The translations under genes and the position numbers were made by a program. The notes under the pieces are model-generated. The model had not been told where the DNA came from and ran no database searches. It was given only the letters and a program-made list of their open reading frames with translations. A DNA stretch of 64,000 nucleotides from positions 408,208,001 through 408,272,000 of the forward strand of contig OZ024740.1 in the NCBI GenBank assembly GCA_964016885.1, written 5' to 3'. The DNA comes from Eledone cirrhosa. Lineage: Eukaryota. Within the stretch, counting starts at the first letter, position 1. Each line of letters starts with the position of its first letter. Shown piece after piece: positions 52,208 to 64,000 of the stretch.

Positions 52208-54862
52208 GTAACAAAGGAAATGTCGTAAGGAACCAGATCGACCATAACGCACCAAAGTACTCAATACTTACGGTAGTAGAGTGGGTAATAGGAACAAGTA
52301 TGACCCCGACGGCAGAGTTCAAGCCGTTTAGACGGCTGATTCTGGACTAAAGAAGAATTTTTAGCCTGGTAAATAAACAAAAATACTAAAATACTACTAC
52401 AAAAATACTAATACAAAATATTAATTCAAAATACTAATACAAAATACTAATACAAAAATACTAATACAAAAATATCACTAAGAAATTTAGAAACCACAGA
52501 AATGGAGCAGCAACCAGAAAGAAAACAATTTACTGGGGTCTAACACATCTGCTATAAAAAGAGTAATCGGCCAATTCTATCTTAAAATTAGGGGGGTGGG
52601 GGTACTGAGGCTCAGAGGACCGATGGGCTGCATCAGGGTAGGCGCATGTTCGTCGAATATCTGCTCATTAGCGGACAAACGAGATATGCGGAGGGAGATG
52701 TTTTTAACCAGGTTATTGGTGATGTTTCTAGGATGGTTTGACCAGGTCCGTAAACAATTAATCAGCTTCTTCCAGGACTGGGGATTTAAAATAACCCTAC
52801 AAACGTCCCAAACCCGAGTAAACTTCCTAGACGTTACCCTTAACCTCGATAATGATCTGTACTACCCATACAGGAAACCTAACGACAATCTGCATTACAT
52901 CCACTGCCGGTCAAACCATCCTAGAAACATCACCAATAACCTGGTTAAAAACGTCTCCCTCCGCATATCTCATTTGTCCACTAATGAGCAGATATTCGAC
53001 GAACATGCGCCTTATTACAACCAGGCCCTCAAGCGGAATGGCTTCCGGGAGGAAATATCCTATTATCCAGCTTCCATTAGCGGAACCAGCAGGCGACACC
53101 GCCGCTCACGTAACGTGACGTGGTTCAATTCACTCCACAATACTGAGGTAACAACACCTATCGGGAAAATCTTCTTTAGGCTCCTCGAAAAACACTTCCC
53201 ACTACAATACCGCTACCACAATATAATCAACAAAAACACCATCAAACTCTCCTACAGCACCACACCTAACTTCGCACAAAACATTGTCTCCCCTAACAAC
53301 GAAAAACTCAACCCCTATGGAAGAAATAACCTAGACAGCAGTGGAGAGCCTACCAGGAGGTGTAACTGTCCTGATAGATCCATTTGCCCCTTCAACAACA
53401 GATGCCGAGATCGTAATGTGATCTACCAGTGCAACGTGAGGACAGACACCTCCAACAAAGCTTATATAGGATTAACCGTTTGTGACTTCAAGACCCGACT
53501 CTACCTACACCGCCATACCTTCCGAAACCCGGCCCAGCGTCATGCCACTACACTTTCGGGCTACTTCTGGGACCTCAAAGATAATAATATAACCTACAAT
53601 CTCACTTGGAGCTTACTGTCCAGAGCTAACTCTTACACGGGAGGATGCCGCCCATGTAACTTATGCTCGGAGGAAACATTACAAATGGTGTTTTCGAAGA
53701 AACAAACTCCTAAACAAGAAAGACGAACTGGTAACCGCATGCAAACACAGATTGCGTAGGACTTACCTCCCCCTCAAACCCCATGATGACCCGGGGGGGG
53801 GGGGGGTAGACAAGGGCTGATACACCCCCACTTGCCGATTTTGTAAGGGGTAACCCCTGCTTACAAAGGTAGACGTAACTTTTTTATCTTTTCCTCTATA
53901 TTTCCTTCTTCCCCCATCTCTTCCTAGTCCCTCCACCCCAGATCTCCTTCCTTGTCTTTTTTTCATCTTTTTGCCTACCTCGATGCAGCCCATCGGTCCT
54001 CTGTAGCCTCAGTACCCCCACACCCCTAATTTTAAGATAGAATTGGCCGATTACGCTTTTTATAGCAGATGTGTTAGACCCCACTAAATTGTTTTCTTTC
54101 TGGTTGCTGCTCCATTTCTGTGGTTTCTAAATTTCTTAGTGGTACTTTTGTATTAGTATTTTTGTATTAGTATTTTGAATTAATATTTTGTATTAGTATT
54201 TTTGTAGTAGTATTTTAGTATTTTTGTTCTCAACTTATTAACCTGTCATTGTAAGATAGCATTGGCTGATTACTAACTATCTATAGCAGTGGTGTTAGAC
54301 CCCCTGTAAAGCCGGCTTTATAAAATTCTTTCACTACAATCTCGTATTTAGTATTTTTCTCCACCTATTAAACTTTTCTATAGCTTAGCAATACCAATGA
54401 GAGATTTGGTGATTGTGGAAATGGAGTAGTAACCAGAAATTGTTTTTTTTTAATATATTTATTTCCTTATTTTTATAATGGTTTTTTTTTTTACTCCCTT
54501 TCGATTTACCTATTCCTTCAACTCCCCCCTCCCCTTCTCCAGTACACCTTTTTCGACCTTCTATACACTATCCTTAGAATCTGCTGTATAGATTTCACTT
54601 TCAACGCTTGACTGGGTTTCCCCCACTCCCTCTTTGTTCTACCTGCAAGTTCAGCCACCCCTACCTCCCACCAAATACCATGATAGAATCATCTGTCTTT
54701 ACAAGAAATTTTTGACCAATCCTTTTGACAATTACTATCCCATATAAGGAATTACCCCCTGAGAAGTTCGGCTATATATTTACCAGGCTAAAAACTCTTA
54801 TTTAGTCCAGAAATAGCCGTCTAAACGGCTTGAGCTCTGCCGTCGGGGTCATACTTGTTCCT
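52208..54862 (+). mobile_element. Penelope-like element (RT C-terminus plus GIY-YIG) with an inverted 5' segment
   Basis: ORF ~52745-53760: VNFLDVTLNL, PYRKP, YIHCRSNHP, RNVTWFN, CNC...CP, VIYQC...AYIGLT...FKTR, CNLCSEE; frameshifted LLNKKDELVTACKH. 52208-52743 is an inverted mosaic of the element. Confidence 0.92.
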
Positions 54863-54897
54863 ATATATATATGTATATATGTGTATATATGTATATA

Positions 54898-56814
54898 TCA
54901 TCATCATCATCATCATCAACGTTTAACGTCCGTGTTCCACGTTTGCATGGGTTTGGACGGGGGTTTTCCCACTTGAGGCAAGAGTGATTTATCTTGCTCG
55001 CATAGGACTATCTGGCGGGTTTTCTACAGCTGGATGCCCTTCCTAACACCAACCACATTTACAGTGTGGGGCTGGGAGGTTTTTACCTTGTTGCCTACAC
55101 GGCCACATTACAGCGCGAACTGTGTGTTTTTTTGACGTGACACCTACACGATCTCATTTGTTTCGGCCTGGATGTTGTGGCACCAACATAACTTTACATT
55201 GAAAGGGGCGGTGTGGATGGGGTGGGGGTGGTGGGACGGGCGTGTATTTTGTTAGAGATGCCTACTGACTGTAGTAGGTTTTACTTTGTATTTAGGTAAG
55301 GCGGGTCTTCTCTATTACTGAGTACCGCCAAAGGTCTCGGTCCAGTGACATTGTCTTGGAGAGGTGTAAGTGTGTGAGGTCGGAATTTATCAGCTCGTCC
55401 CAGGTTTTTCTGGGTCTGCCTATTCCGTGGCTACCGTCTATCTTTATTGCCCTGCACTTTGTTATACAGCTATCGTCCTTCATGCGCATCACGTGACCAT
55501 ACCAACGTAGCCTTCTCTCGAGTAAACAACATCTGATCCCTCTTATTTCTAATTTTTTCCTTAGTTCGTTTATGCTTTGCCGTTCACGTATATTACTATT
55601 ACACATCCAGCGGAGCATGCAAGCTTCGTTTCTCTCTAGTCTGCGTATATCCTCTGCACACAATGCCCAGGTCTCACTGCCATGCAACATTGCTGTTCGT
55701 ATGCAGGCATCGTACAACCTGCCTTTCATTTTTAGGGAGAACCCTTTAGCGGCTAGTAGAGGTATAAGCTCTCTGAACTTTTTCCATCCAGTTCTGACTC
55801 TAGCTACTGTACTTTCAGAGCACCCTCCCCCACTGCTGATTTTGTCACCCAGGTAACGGAAGCTGTCCACTATTTCTATAGAACCCTCTGCGCAGTTGAA
55901 AGAGCTAGTATTTTGTGGGCACTTGCTGCTACTTATTGCCCCAGAACACCGGCCACATGTAAAATCTATGTTCTTAGGTAGCTTACCTGTGATCCCACTA
56001 CATCTTTTATGCACCCATACTTTGCATTTGGGACACAAAATGGAGTTTCTACCTACGCCTTTCCTACACACTGAGCATGGCCACTTCCCGGAAGGGACCG
56101 CCGCCTTATTTTCTTTCTTACAAACTAGAACTTTAGTCTTAGCCAGGTTAATTTTAAGGTCTTTTGATTCTAGGCCGTGCTTCCATGTTTGGAATTTCTT
56201 CTCTAGCTCGGCCATTGATTCAGCTATGAGTGTCAGGTCATCTGCGTATAGGAGTTCCCATGGGCAACCGGTCTTGAACTCCACTGTTATAGCCTGGGGG
56301 GCAATAATAATTAGTAGGGGGCTGAGAACAGAGCTCTGATGGACGCCAACTTTTACGCTAAACTCTTCACTATATTCGTTGTTAATTCTAACCTTGCTGA
56401 CTGTTTCTTTATACATGGCTTGTATAGCTCTCACAAGCCATTCGTCAACACCTAGTTTTCTAAGAGCCCACCAGATAATGGAACGGGGGACTCTGTCGAA
56501 GGCTTTCTCCAAGTCGACAAAAGCTAAGTATAGGGGTTTACTTTTAGCTAGGTACTTCTCCTGTAGTTGTCGTACAATGAAAAGAGCGTCTGTGGTACTT
56601 TTGCCTGACACAAACCCGAACTGCATTTCATCTAGATCAATTCTCTCTCTGATTAGTTGCGCTATTACTTTTTCCGTGACCTTCATGACCTGACGATTAA
56701 TTTAATGCCTCTATAGTTACTCCTATCTAGGGCATCTCCTTTACCCTTATAACAGTTAACGATGATGCTGCTATGCCAGTCCTTCGGAACAACCCCATTC
56801 TGTACGACTTGGTT
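54898..56814 (-). mobile_element. 5'-truncated RTE LINE (family A); RT-to-C-terminus frame open (55292-56686)
   Basis: 464-aa ORF with YADD and an intact C4HC3 finger; 3' UTR; (GAT)n tail. Confidence 0.95.
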
Positions 56815-56820
56815 ATATAT

Positions 56821-59800
56821 ATATAATTATTGCTGGCGACCTAAATGGTCACGTTGGACAACATTGTGACGGCTATGACGGAATCCATGAAGGCTATGGG
56901 TTTGGTACTAGAAATGAGGAAGGCTCCAGAATCCTGGAATTCTGTGACGCAAATAACCTAACTATCTGTAACACTAACTTCAAAAAACGAGACAATCACT
57001 TGATTACTTACAGATCAGGGGAACACACCAGCCAGGTAGATTATATCCTTACCAGAAGACGTGACAGAGTGTCTGTTGTAAACACTAAATCCCTCCCCCA
57101 TGTAGAATGCACCTCTCAACATAGACTCATAATTAGCGACCTCATAGTCAGGATGAGACGTACTCGACAACAGAAGAGGACTATCCTCAGGAGAAAAATA
57201 TGGAAGCTAAAGGACCCCACAGCCAGTAATAAATTTAAAAGAATATTATTTGATGCTTTCGAAAGTAAGGAAGAGCAATTAGAGTTGTACAATATAGAGG
57301 AACAGTGGGAACCCTGAAAGCAAACTTGCTGATGGTGGCAGATGAAGTCTGTGGCTGGAGCAGGCCTATAGGCAGGAGGAGAGTAACGTGGTGGTGAAAC
57401 AGTAAGGTGGAGGAGTTAATTAAGGCCAAAAAGCATGCTTGGAAAGTATGGCGGGATGGGGGAGGTGGAGAAGACTATTAAGTGGCCAGGAGGGAAGCTA
57501 GGAGACAAGTGTACTTTGCAAGAAGGGAAGCAGAGGGAAGAAAGTTCAAGCATGTTCTACAATGCGAGGACCAAAAACGTGAGGTGTTCAGGATTGCTAG
57601 GCAATGTGTCAAGGAAAACCGTGATATTGTCGGGGAGAAGTGTGTCCTTAATGATGATGGTGTACTTGCCATCACTGACGCTGATAAGAAGGTAGCTTGG
57701 AAGTGTCACTACGAAAGGCTACTAAATGAGGAGAATAAATGGGAGAAAGACAGTCTCCCCCACATCGATCCAATAGAGGGACCAGCAGTGTTAGTTGAAG
57801 GTAGTATAATAAGTAAGGCAATCAAAGATATGAAGATGGGTAAGGCGGCTGGGCCTTCGGAAATAGTTGCTGAAATGCTGAAAGCTTCTGGAACGGTGGG
57901 ACACACTATGGTCACCCAGATAGTAAACCAAGTCATACAGAATGGGGTTGTTCCGAAGGACTGGCGTAGCAGCATCATCATTAACTGCTACAAGGGTACA
58001 GGAGATGCCCTAGATAGGGGTAACTATAGAGGCATTAAATTAATCGACCAGGTCATGAAGGTCACAGAAAAAGTAATAGCGCAACTAATCAGAGAGTGAA
58101 TTGATCTAGATGAAATGCAGTTCGGGTTTGTGTCAGGTAAAAGTACCACAGACACTCCTTTCATTGTACGACAACTACAGGAGAAATACCTAGCTAAAAG
58201 TAAACCCTATACTTAGCTTTTGTCGACTTGGAGAAAGCCTTTGACAGAGTCCTCCTTTCCATTATCTGGTGGGCTCTTAGAAAACTAGGTGTTGACGAAT
58301 GGCTTGTGAGATCTATACAAGCCATGTATAAAGAAACAGTCAGCACGGTTAGAATTAACAACGAATATAGTGAAGAGTTTAGCGTAAAAGTTGGTGTTCA
58401 TCAGGGCTCCGTTCTTAGCCCCCTACTATTTATTATTGCCCTTCAGGCTATAACAGAGGAGTTCAAGACCATGGGAACTCCTATATGCAGATGATCTAAC
58501 GCTCATAGCTGAATCAATGGCTGAACTAGAGAAGAAATTCCAAACATGGAAGCATGGCCTAGAATCAAAAGGCCTTAAAATTAACCTGTCTAAGACTAAA
58601 GTTCTAGTTTGTAGGAAGGAAAATAGGGCACCGGTCCCATCCGGGAAATGGCCATGCTCAGTGTGTAAAAAAGGAGTAGGCAGAAACTCCATTTTCAGTC
58701 CTAAATGCAAAGTATGGGTGCATAAAAGATGTAGTGGGATCACAGGTAAGCTAACTAAGAATATAGATTTTATGTGGCCGGTGCTCAGGTGCGCTGGTAC
58801 AATAAGTAGCAGCAAATGCCCACAGCATACTAGCTCATTCCATTGCACAGATGGTTCTATAGAAATAGTGGACACCTTTTGTTACTTGGGTGACAAAATC
58901 AGCAGTGGTGGAGGGTGCTCTGAAAATACAGTAGCTAGAGTCAGAACGGGATGGAAAAAGTTCAAAGAGCTTATACCACTATTGGCCGCTAAAGGGTTCT
59001 CTCTAAAAATGAAAGACAGGCTGTACGATGCCTGCAAACGTACAGTAATGTTACATGGCAGTGAGACCTGGGCATTGTGTGCAGAGGATATACGCAGACT
59101 GGAGAGAAACGAAGCTTGCATGCTCCGCTGGATGTATAATAGTAATATACGTGAACGGCAAAGCATAAACGAACTAAGGGAGAAATTAGGAATAAGAGGG
59201 ATCAGATGTTGTTTACTCGAGAGAAGACTACGTTGGTATGGTCACGTGATGTGCATGAAAGACGACAGCTGTATAAAAAAGTGCAGGGCGATAAAAATAG
59301 ATGGTAGCCATGGAGTAGGCAGACTCAGAAAAAGCTGGGACGACTTGATAAATTCCGACCTCACACACTTACACCTCTCCAAGACTTGTCACTGGACCGA
59401 GATCTTTGGCGCTACACAGTTATACAGAAGGCCCGCCTTGCCTAAGTAAAAAGCGAAACCTAGTCAGTAGGCACCTCTAACAAAATACACCCCTGTCCCA
59501 ATACCCCCACCCCATCAACACCACCCCCTTAAATGTGAAGTTATGTTGGTACCACAACATCCAGTCTGAAACAAATGAGGTTGTGTAGGTGTCACGACAA
59601 AAAAACACACAGTCCACGGTGTTATGTGGCCGTGTAGGTAACACGGTAAAAACCTCCCAGTCCACACTGTAAACGTGGTTGGTGTTAGGAAGGGCATCCA
59701 GCCATAGAAAACCCACCAGACAGTCCTATACGAGCAGGACAACAAATCTTGCCTCAAGTGGGAAAACTCCCATCCAAACCCATGCAAGCATGGAAGATGG

Positions 59801-59827
59801 ACGTTAAACGATAATAATGATGATGAT
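56821..59827 (+). mobile_element. Longer RTE LINE (family A): partial AP endonuclease plus RT, disrupted
   Basis: IIIAGDLNGHVG, ITYRSG...SQVDYIL, SQHRL (APE); NYRGIKL, YADD (RT); several stops and frameshifts. Confidence 0.95.
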
Positions 59828-61766
59828 ATATATATATATATATATATATATGCATGTTTGTGTGGTTAAGGTGTTCACCTCTCAACCACCTGATTCTAGG
59901 TTCAGTCCCATTGCATGCCACCTTAAGCAAGTGAGTTAACCAATGTCTTGAGAATGGAATTTGACAGATAAAAACTTCAGAAACCTGCCATATCACAATT
60001 GTACTGTATTATCCTTCATTGTTTTTCCTCATTAGACTCCCCCTCACTCACATAAACATGTGTGTGTGTGTATGTAAATGTAAGTGTGTGTCTTCCCCTC
60101 TGTCTGTGTTTATTTCCCATAACTTTGCAATTTGACAAAAAAGGGATCAAAGAGATAAGTACCCGACTGAAAAAATAAGTATGAGGTTCCTTATGACTGA
60201 AACCACTTCCCCTTTTCCAAGCCAGTTTCTGTTTTCCAAATTTCACTCATAATACATTGGTCAATGTGAGGCTATATTAAATGCCATTTGACCAAAGTGT
60301 AGGGCATTGAGATGGAACCCCGAACCACATGATTGCATAATGAACTTCTTACATGCTATTGTGTCCATGTTGTTTGTACATATTTGGAAAATAGGTTAGC
60401 TATATACTAAAACAAACTCTGTACTATCTCTGGCCTTCCATTCACTTGTGTTCTCCCATTGTATCTCTTATTTCTTCTTCCATGGCCTCTGCTCCTCTTG
60501 AGTTGTTAACTATATCTTGTTCTTCAACTCCTCTGACTAAACCTATTATAAATAATCTCTCCTTACACCACAGTTTTTCATCCTCAAAATGGTTGCTCTT
60601 TTGGGGCTACCATATTATTATTCCAGCTGGAAGCAATTCAATCTAAACATTACCTATGCTAATGTCATCCAGTTTAATATTTCCTTAAAAGCAATGGGGA
60701 TTGTCGTTCCCATTCACACTCATTAATGAAAACAAAATAAATCATATTTTGATATCAGAAAAAAATAGAAATGTTATGAAATTTTTATGAAATATTTCTT
60801 ACACTCGAATTCTGCTTTTCTCTAAATGCTATTATATATGTTGAAAACCTTAATAAATAATCAGGAATAGACATGTGTTATTGTGTACAACTGTTGCTTT
60901 TGTCATTCATCTGTGTCAGAAACGTTGGCTATAGTAGAATAAAATCTCAGGTTTAGTCACGACTTATGGCATCCTGGGAAAAGTGTCTTTTCAAGTTGGC
61001 TATTAATAAAATTAGGTATATATGGAAACTGTAGAAACCTGCCAGGTGGACTGTACCTGTAAGTCTAAGGTTGAGTTGTCTCACATATTGTGTTATGCAG
61101 ATTCTGCCGCCTCTGAATTATGTCATGGGTACACATGTTTGAAGAATGTTCAGAGACTTACAAGTTAATCTAAAGTGTAGGTATTCTAGTGGATCAAACA
61201 ACTGAATGTTCATCTCTGACACTGTTGCAGAACCCATCACATAACATCAATAGTAAATATGGCTGCACCAGTGATTTACAGACTGGGAAGTAATCCAAAT
61301 GTTGCTTCTAAACACAATTATATATTTTGAAATGTGTACATCCAAATGCAAATGACCACAATAATAGTCAACCACTATCAATAATAGTTGAGAAAATCAG
61401 GTAAAGTAGTCTTAGAAATGGAAAATGTATACAGAAGCACCCCTTTTTTGCAGGTGACTCTATTCACTTTTGTTCTCAACAATTATTTATATCAACTATC
61501 ATTACGGACATTTTCTTTGTTTACCATTATGTATATTATATCTACAGCATTATTGAAGAGACATATCTACTTTACATCTTTCTTTTTGTGTTTTTTACGA
61601 AACATGAATTCATTTTTGAATATTAGCATTTAGCCATAAGGTAGCCTAGACTGAGAAAACATATGATCAAAGTGTTCTTAAGATGACATGATGTGTTTTG
61701 AAGAAGGTTTGATTTATTGGGAATTTGGTTGACAAAAACTGCAGAAGCCCATTGTATATATGTGTG

Positions 61767-61797
<31 letters not shown>

Positions 61798-61926
61798 TTA
61801 ATAAGTTAGCAGTTAAACAGTAAATATAATTAATAAGTACAAGATGTCAATAAGGCCCACATCTCATTTGTTTATGTACCAATTTCAGTATGATTTCTAT
61901 GACTGGATACCATTAATATCACTAAA

Positions 61927-62065
61927 GGCAGTGGATTGGCAGTATCGGTAGAGCGTCGGATACAATGCTTTACGGTCTGAGTTCAAATCCCAACGAGGTT
62001 AACTTTGCCTTTCATCCTTACGGGGTCGATAAAATAAAGTACCTTGTGCCTATACTAGAAATCAT
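61927..62065 (+). mobile_element. Internally deleted Meta-like SINE
   Basis: TSD cattaatatcactaa. Confidence 0.8.
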
Positions 62066-62554
62066 TAATATCACTAACCATTTTACAAAGTGTACTGGGT
62101 GCGGTTTACCATGGCATAAGTACTAGAGAAGTTATATCCTTGACACAGCTGAAGAGTCCTCTTAACCCTTTGACATACTTTCTATGGTTGGTGCCCTTTC
62201 TAACACTAATGACTAAGGGGCATTCACTTGACCTTACGATGGTCATCACTAGAGATTTCAGTCATACAAGAATAGTGAAGATAACAAATTAGATGCAACA
62301 TTTCTATCAACAATATTGCTTCCTATTCACAGCCATACATTGAATTATGTACAATATGATTCTAGAATCAAAGATCTGTTAACAGTCACCAAACAATAAA
62401 TTAATTGCCTACCTACTTGAGATCCATTTAAGTGGAACTGATTTAGACTATTTGACATTATAATCACACCTTTAGTTTAGAGTTGTCTTTTCATTTTTAC
62501 AGAAGATTGTGTGTTCCTAACTCACCAGAAACTATTATGTAAAAACACTTAGTT

Positions 62555-62600
62555 GGTTCCATATAGTAGTGGTTATCACATCAGCTTTAATGCAGAAGAT
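62555..62600 (+). pseudogene. 5' fragment of tRNA-Val(TAC)
   Basis: ggttccatatagtagtggttatcacatcagctttaatgcagaagat versus the eukaryotic tRNA-Val GGTTCCATAGTGTAGTGGTTATCACGTCTGCTTTACACGCAGAAGGT as I recall it; no T arm or 3' acceptor strand. Confidence 0.6.
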
Positions 62601-64000
62601 GCAAGTTAGAATGGTAGCCAAATCTCCTTTACATCACACTCTATCATCTTAGATAAGGAAAGATACAGTGTATAATGTGATTCTTGATACACTATGCCTA
62701 AATGATGAGATTGTCACAGCTGGAACACCTTTGATTATAGGTCTGCTCGATAAAGGTTGACCTGGTGCTAAATATCAACAACAAAAAGTATTTGAAGTAA
62801 CTTGTCACTGGACTTTTAATTAATAATAGCCAAATCCTTCTCAAATCACAGCTTACTGCTTAAACAAGAAAGACATGTTGGACAATGTGGTCCCTAAAAT
62901 GTCTTTGACAATGGGCCTGAATATCATGATTGTAAGCACTGTTGCATCATGGAAGACTGGATATTTGTATTCATTGGTTTCACATATTTGATAAATGAAT
63001 TCTATTAATTCTTTCTAGTCTTTGACTAAATTCAGATCAGAAACAGAGATAAATTCCAGTAAGAATGTGAAAAAGATGTGAATGAGAGGTGATGACTATC
63101 TAAACTAATCTGTTTGAATATTAGTAAAGTGAATAGATTAAATAATTTAGTAATTCTAATGTTTACTGTTTACATGAGTTGCTATATTTTCATCTCACTT
63201 TTGTTAGTTTTTGATGTTTTCTCAATCAATAGTCAGATTAATAAGGGAAGCTGGTGGGTTCAGCTTAAAAATGTTAGACTTTTCTTCTTCCTCGGGACAA
63301 AATTCTATTTTGAACTGTTTTTATTCACTAATTGCTGACACAGACTTTCACTAGTTTTCTCTACTGTCTGTTTCTGACACTTGTTCCTCTAAATATAGTT
63401 TATTTGGAAGGCAGTAATCTGAAGATCTGTAAGTCTAACGAATGTTCAAATGTGAAAGGAATCAATTCTTTGCCTATTTAAAGGTAGTCACCAAAGTTTG
63501 CTATTATTTGTTATTATGATGGTGATTCTAATAGATGTAAAAAAAACAATTAGGAAATGTCTGGAAACAGTTTTTATCTACAAGACTTGAAATAATTTCT
63601 AAAAGAAGTTATATTATGTAAACCAATTTATTGTCAATTTCCTGTTAAGTATTGATGTTCTGCTTAAATTGGTTTGCAAATCTGCCACTCCTCATTTCTT
63701 CTATTTCTGTTAACATCTAAAATTCTTGAGATCTGAAATATATGTTTAATTTTCTTTTCCTTGTTAACTCATTAGTCTATGTAAAAATATGTCATGAAAA
63801 TACAATTTGATTGAAAAGAAAAAAAAATAGATTGAGAAGAATTGAATATGAAATAAGAAAATATTTTTTAAAATGGAAGAGGAAGGGAATGACAAGGGAT
63901 CTAGTGTCCCAGAAGAATGGGGAGGGGAGGGGGATTGGGCTCTGGGCCTAGGGCGTGGTGGTAACGGGCTATGCCTTGCGGACAATAGCCAGTGACAACT

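Noticed and set aside
52596-52744. N-terminal 50 aa of the 387-aa ORF
   Set aside because: Derived from the inverted arm; only fortuitously in frame with the Penelope ORF.
55572-56693. ORFs antisense to RTE ORFs (also 25267, 31406, 58426)
   Set aside because: Shadow frames of the LINE coding sequence, repeated only because the element is repeated.

Overview
AT-rich, microsatellite- and retroelement-dense animal genomic DNA. The SINE/LINE repertoire suggests a cephalopod (Octopus-like); this is inference. It is not prokaryotic, and I see no CRISPR array or operon. The only host gene I recognise confidently is the first coding exon of a FAM20B-like glycosaminoglycan xylosylkinase (2433-2829, +), preceded by three chained uORFs. 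I could not find its next exon, so the rest of the window is probably one intron of at least 61 kb. That interval holds at least three RTE LINE lineages (one with a C4HC3 PHD finger inside the RT), Penelope-like elements (one with a hammerhead ribozyme), R4/NeSL-type and L1/Tx1-type relics, two or more SINE superfamilies, pogo/hAT/piggyBac MITEs and a Helitron-like element. The most notable signals are: (TA)n tracts acting as shared landing pads, perfect fold-back palindromes, large intronic inverted repeats, and several candidate antisense exons that may belong to nested genes. Repeat boundaries are approximate, read by eye.
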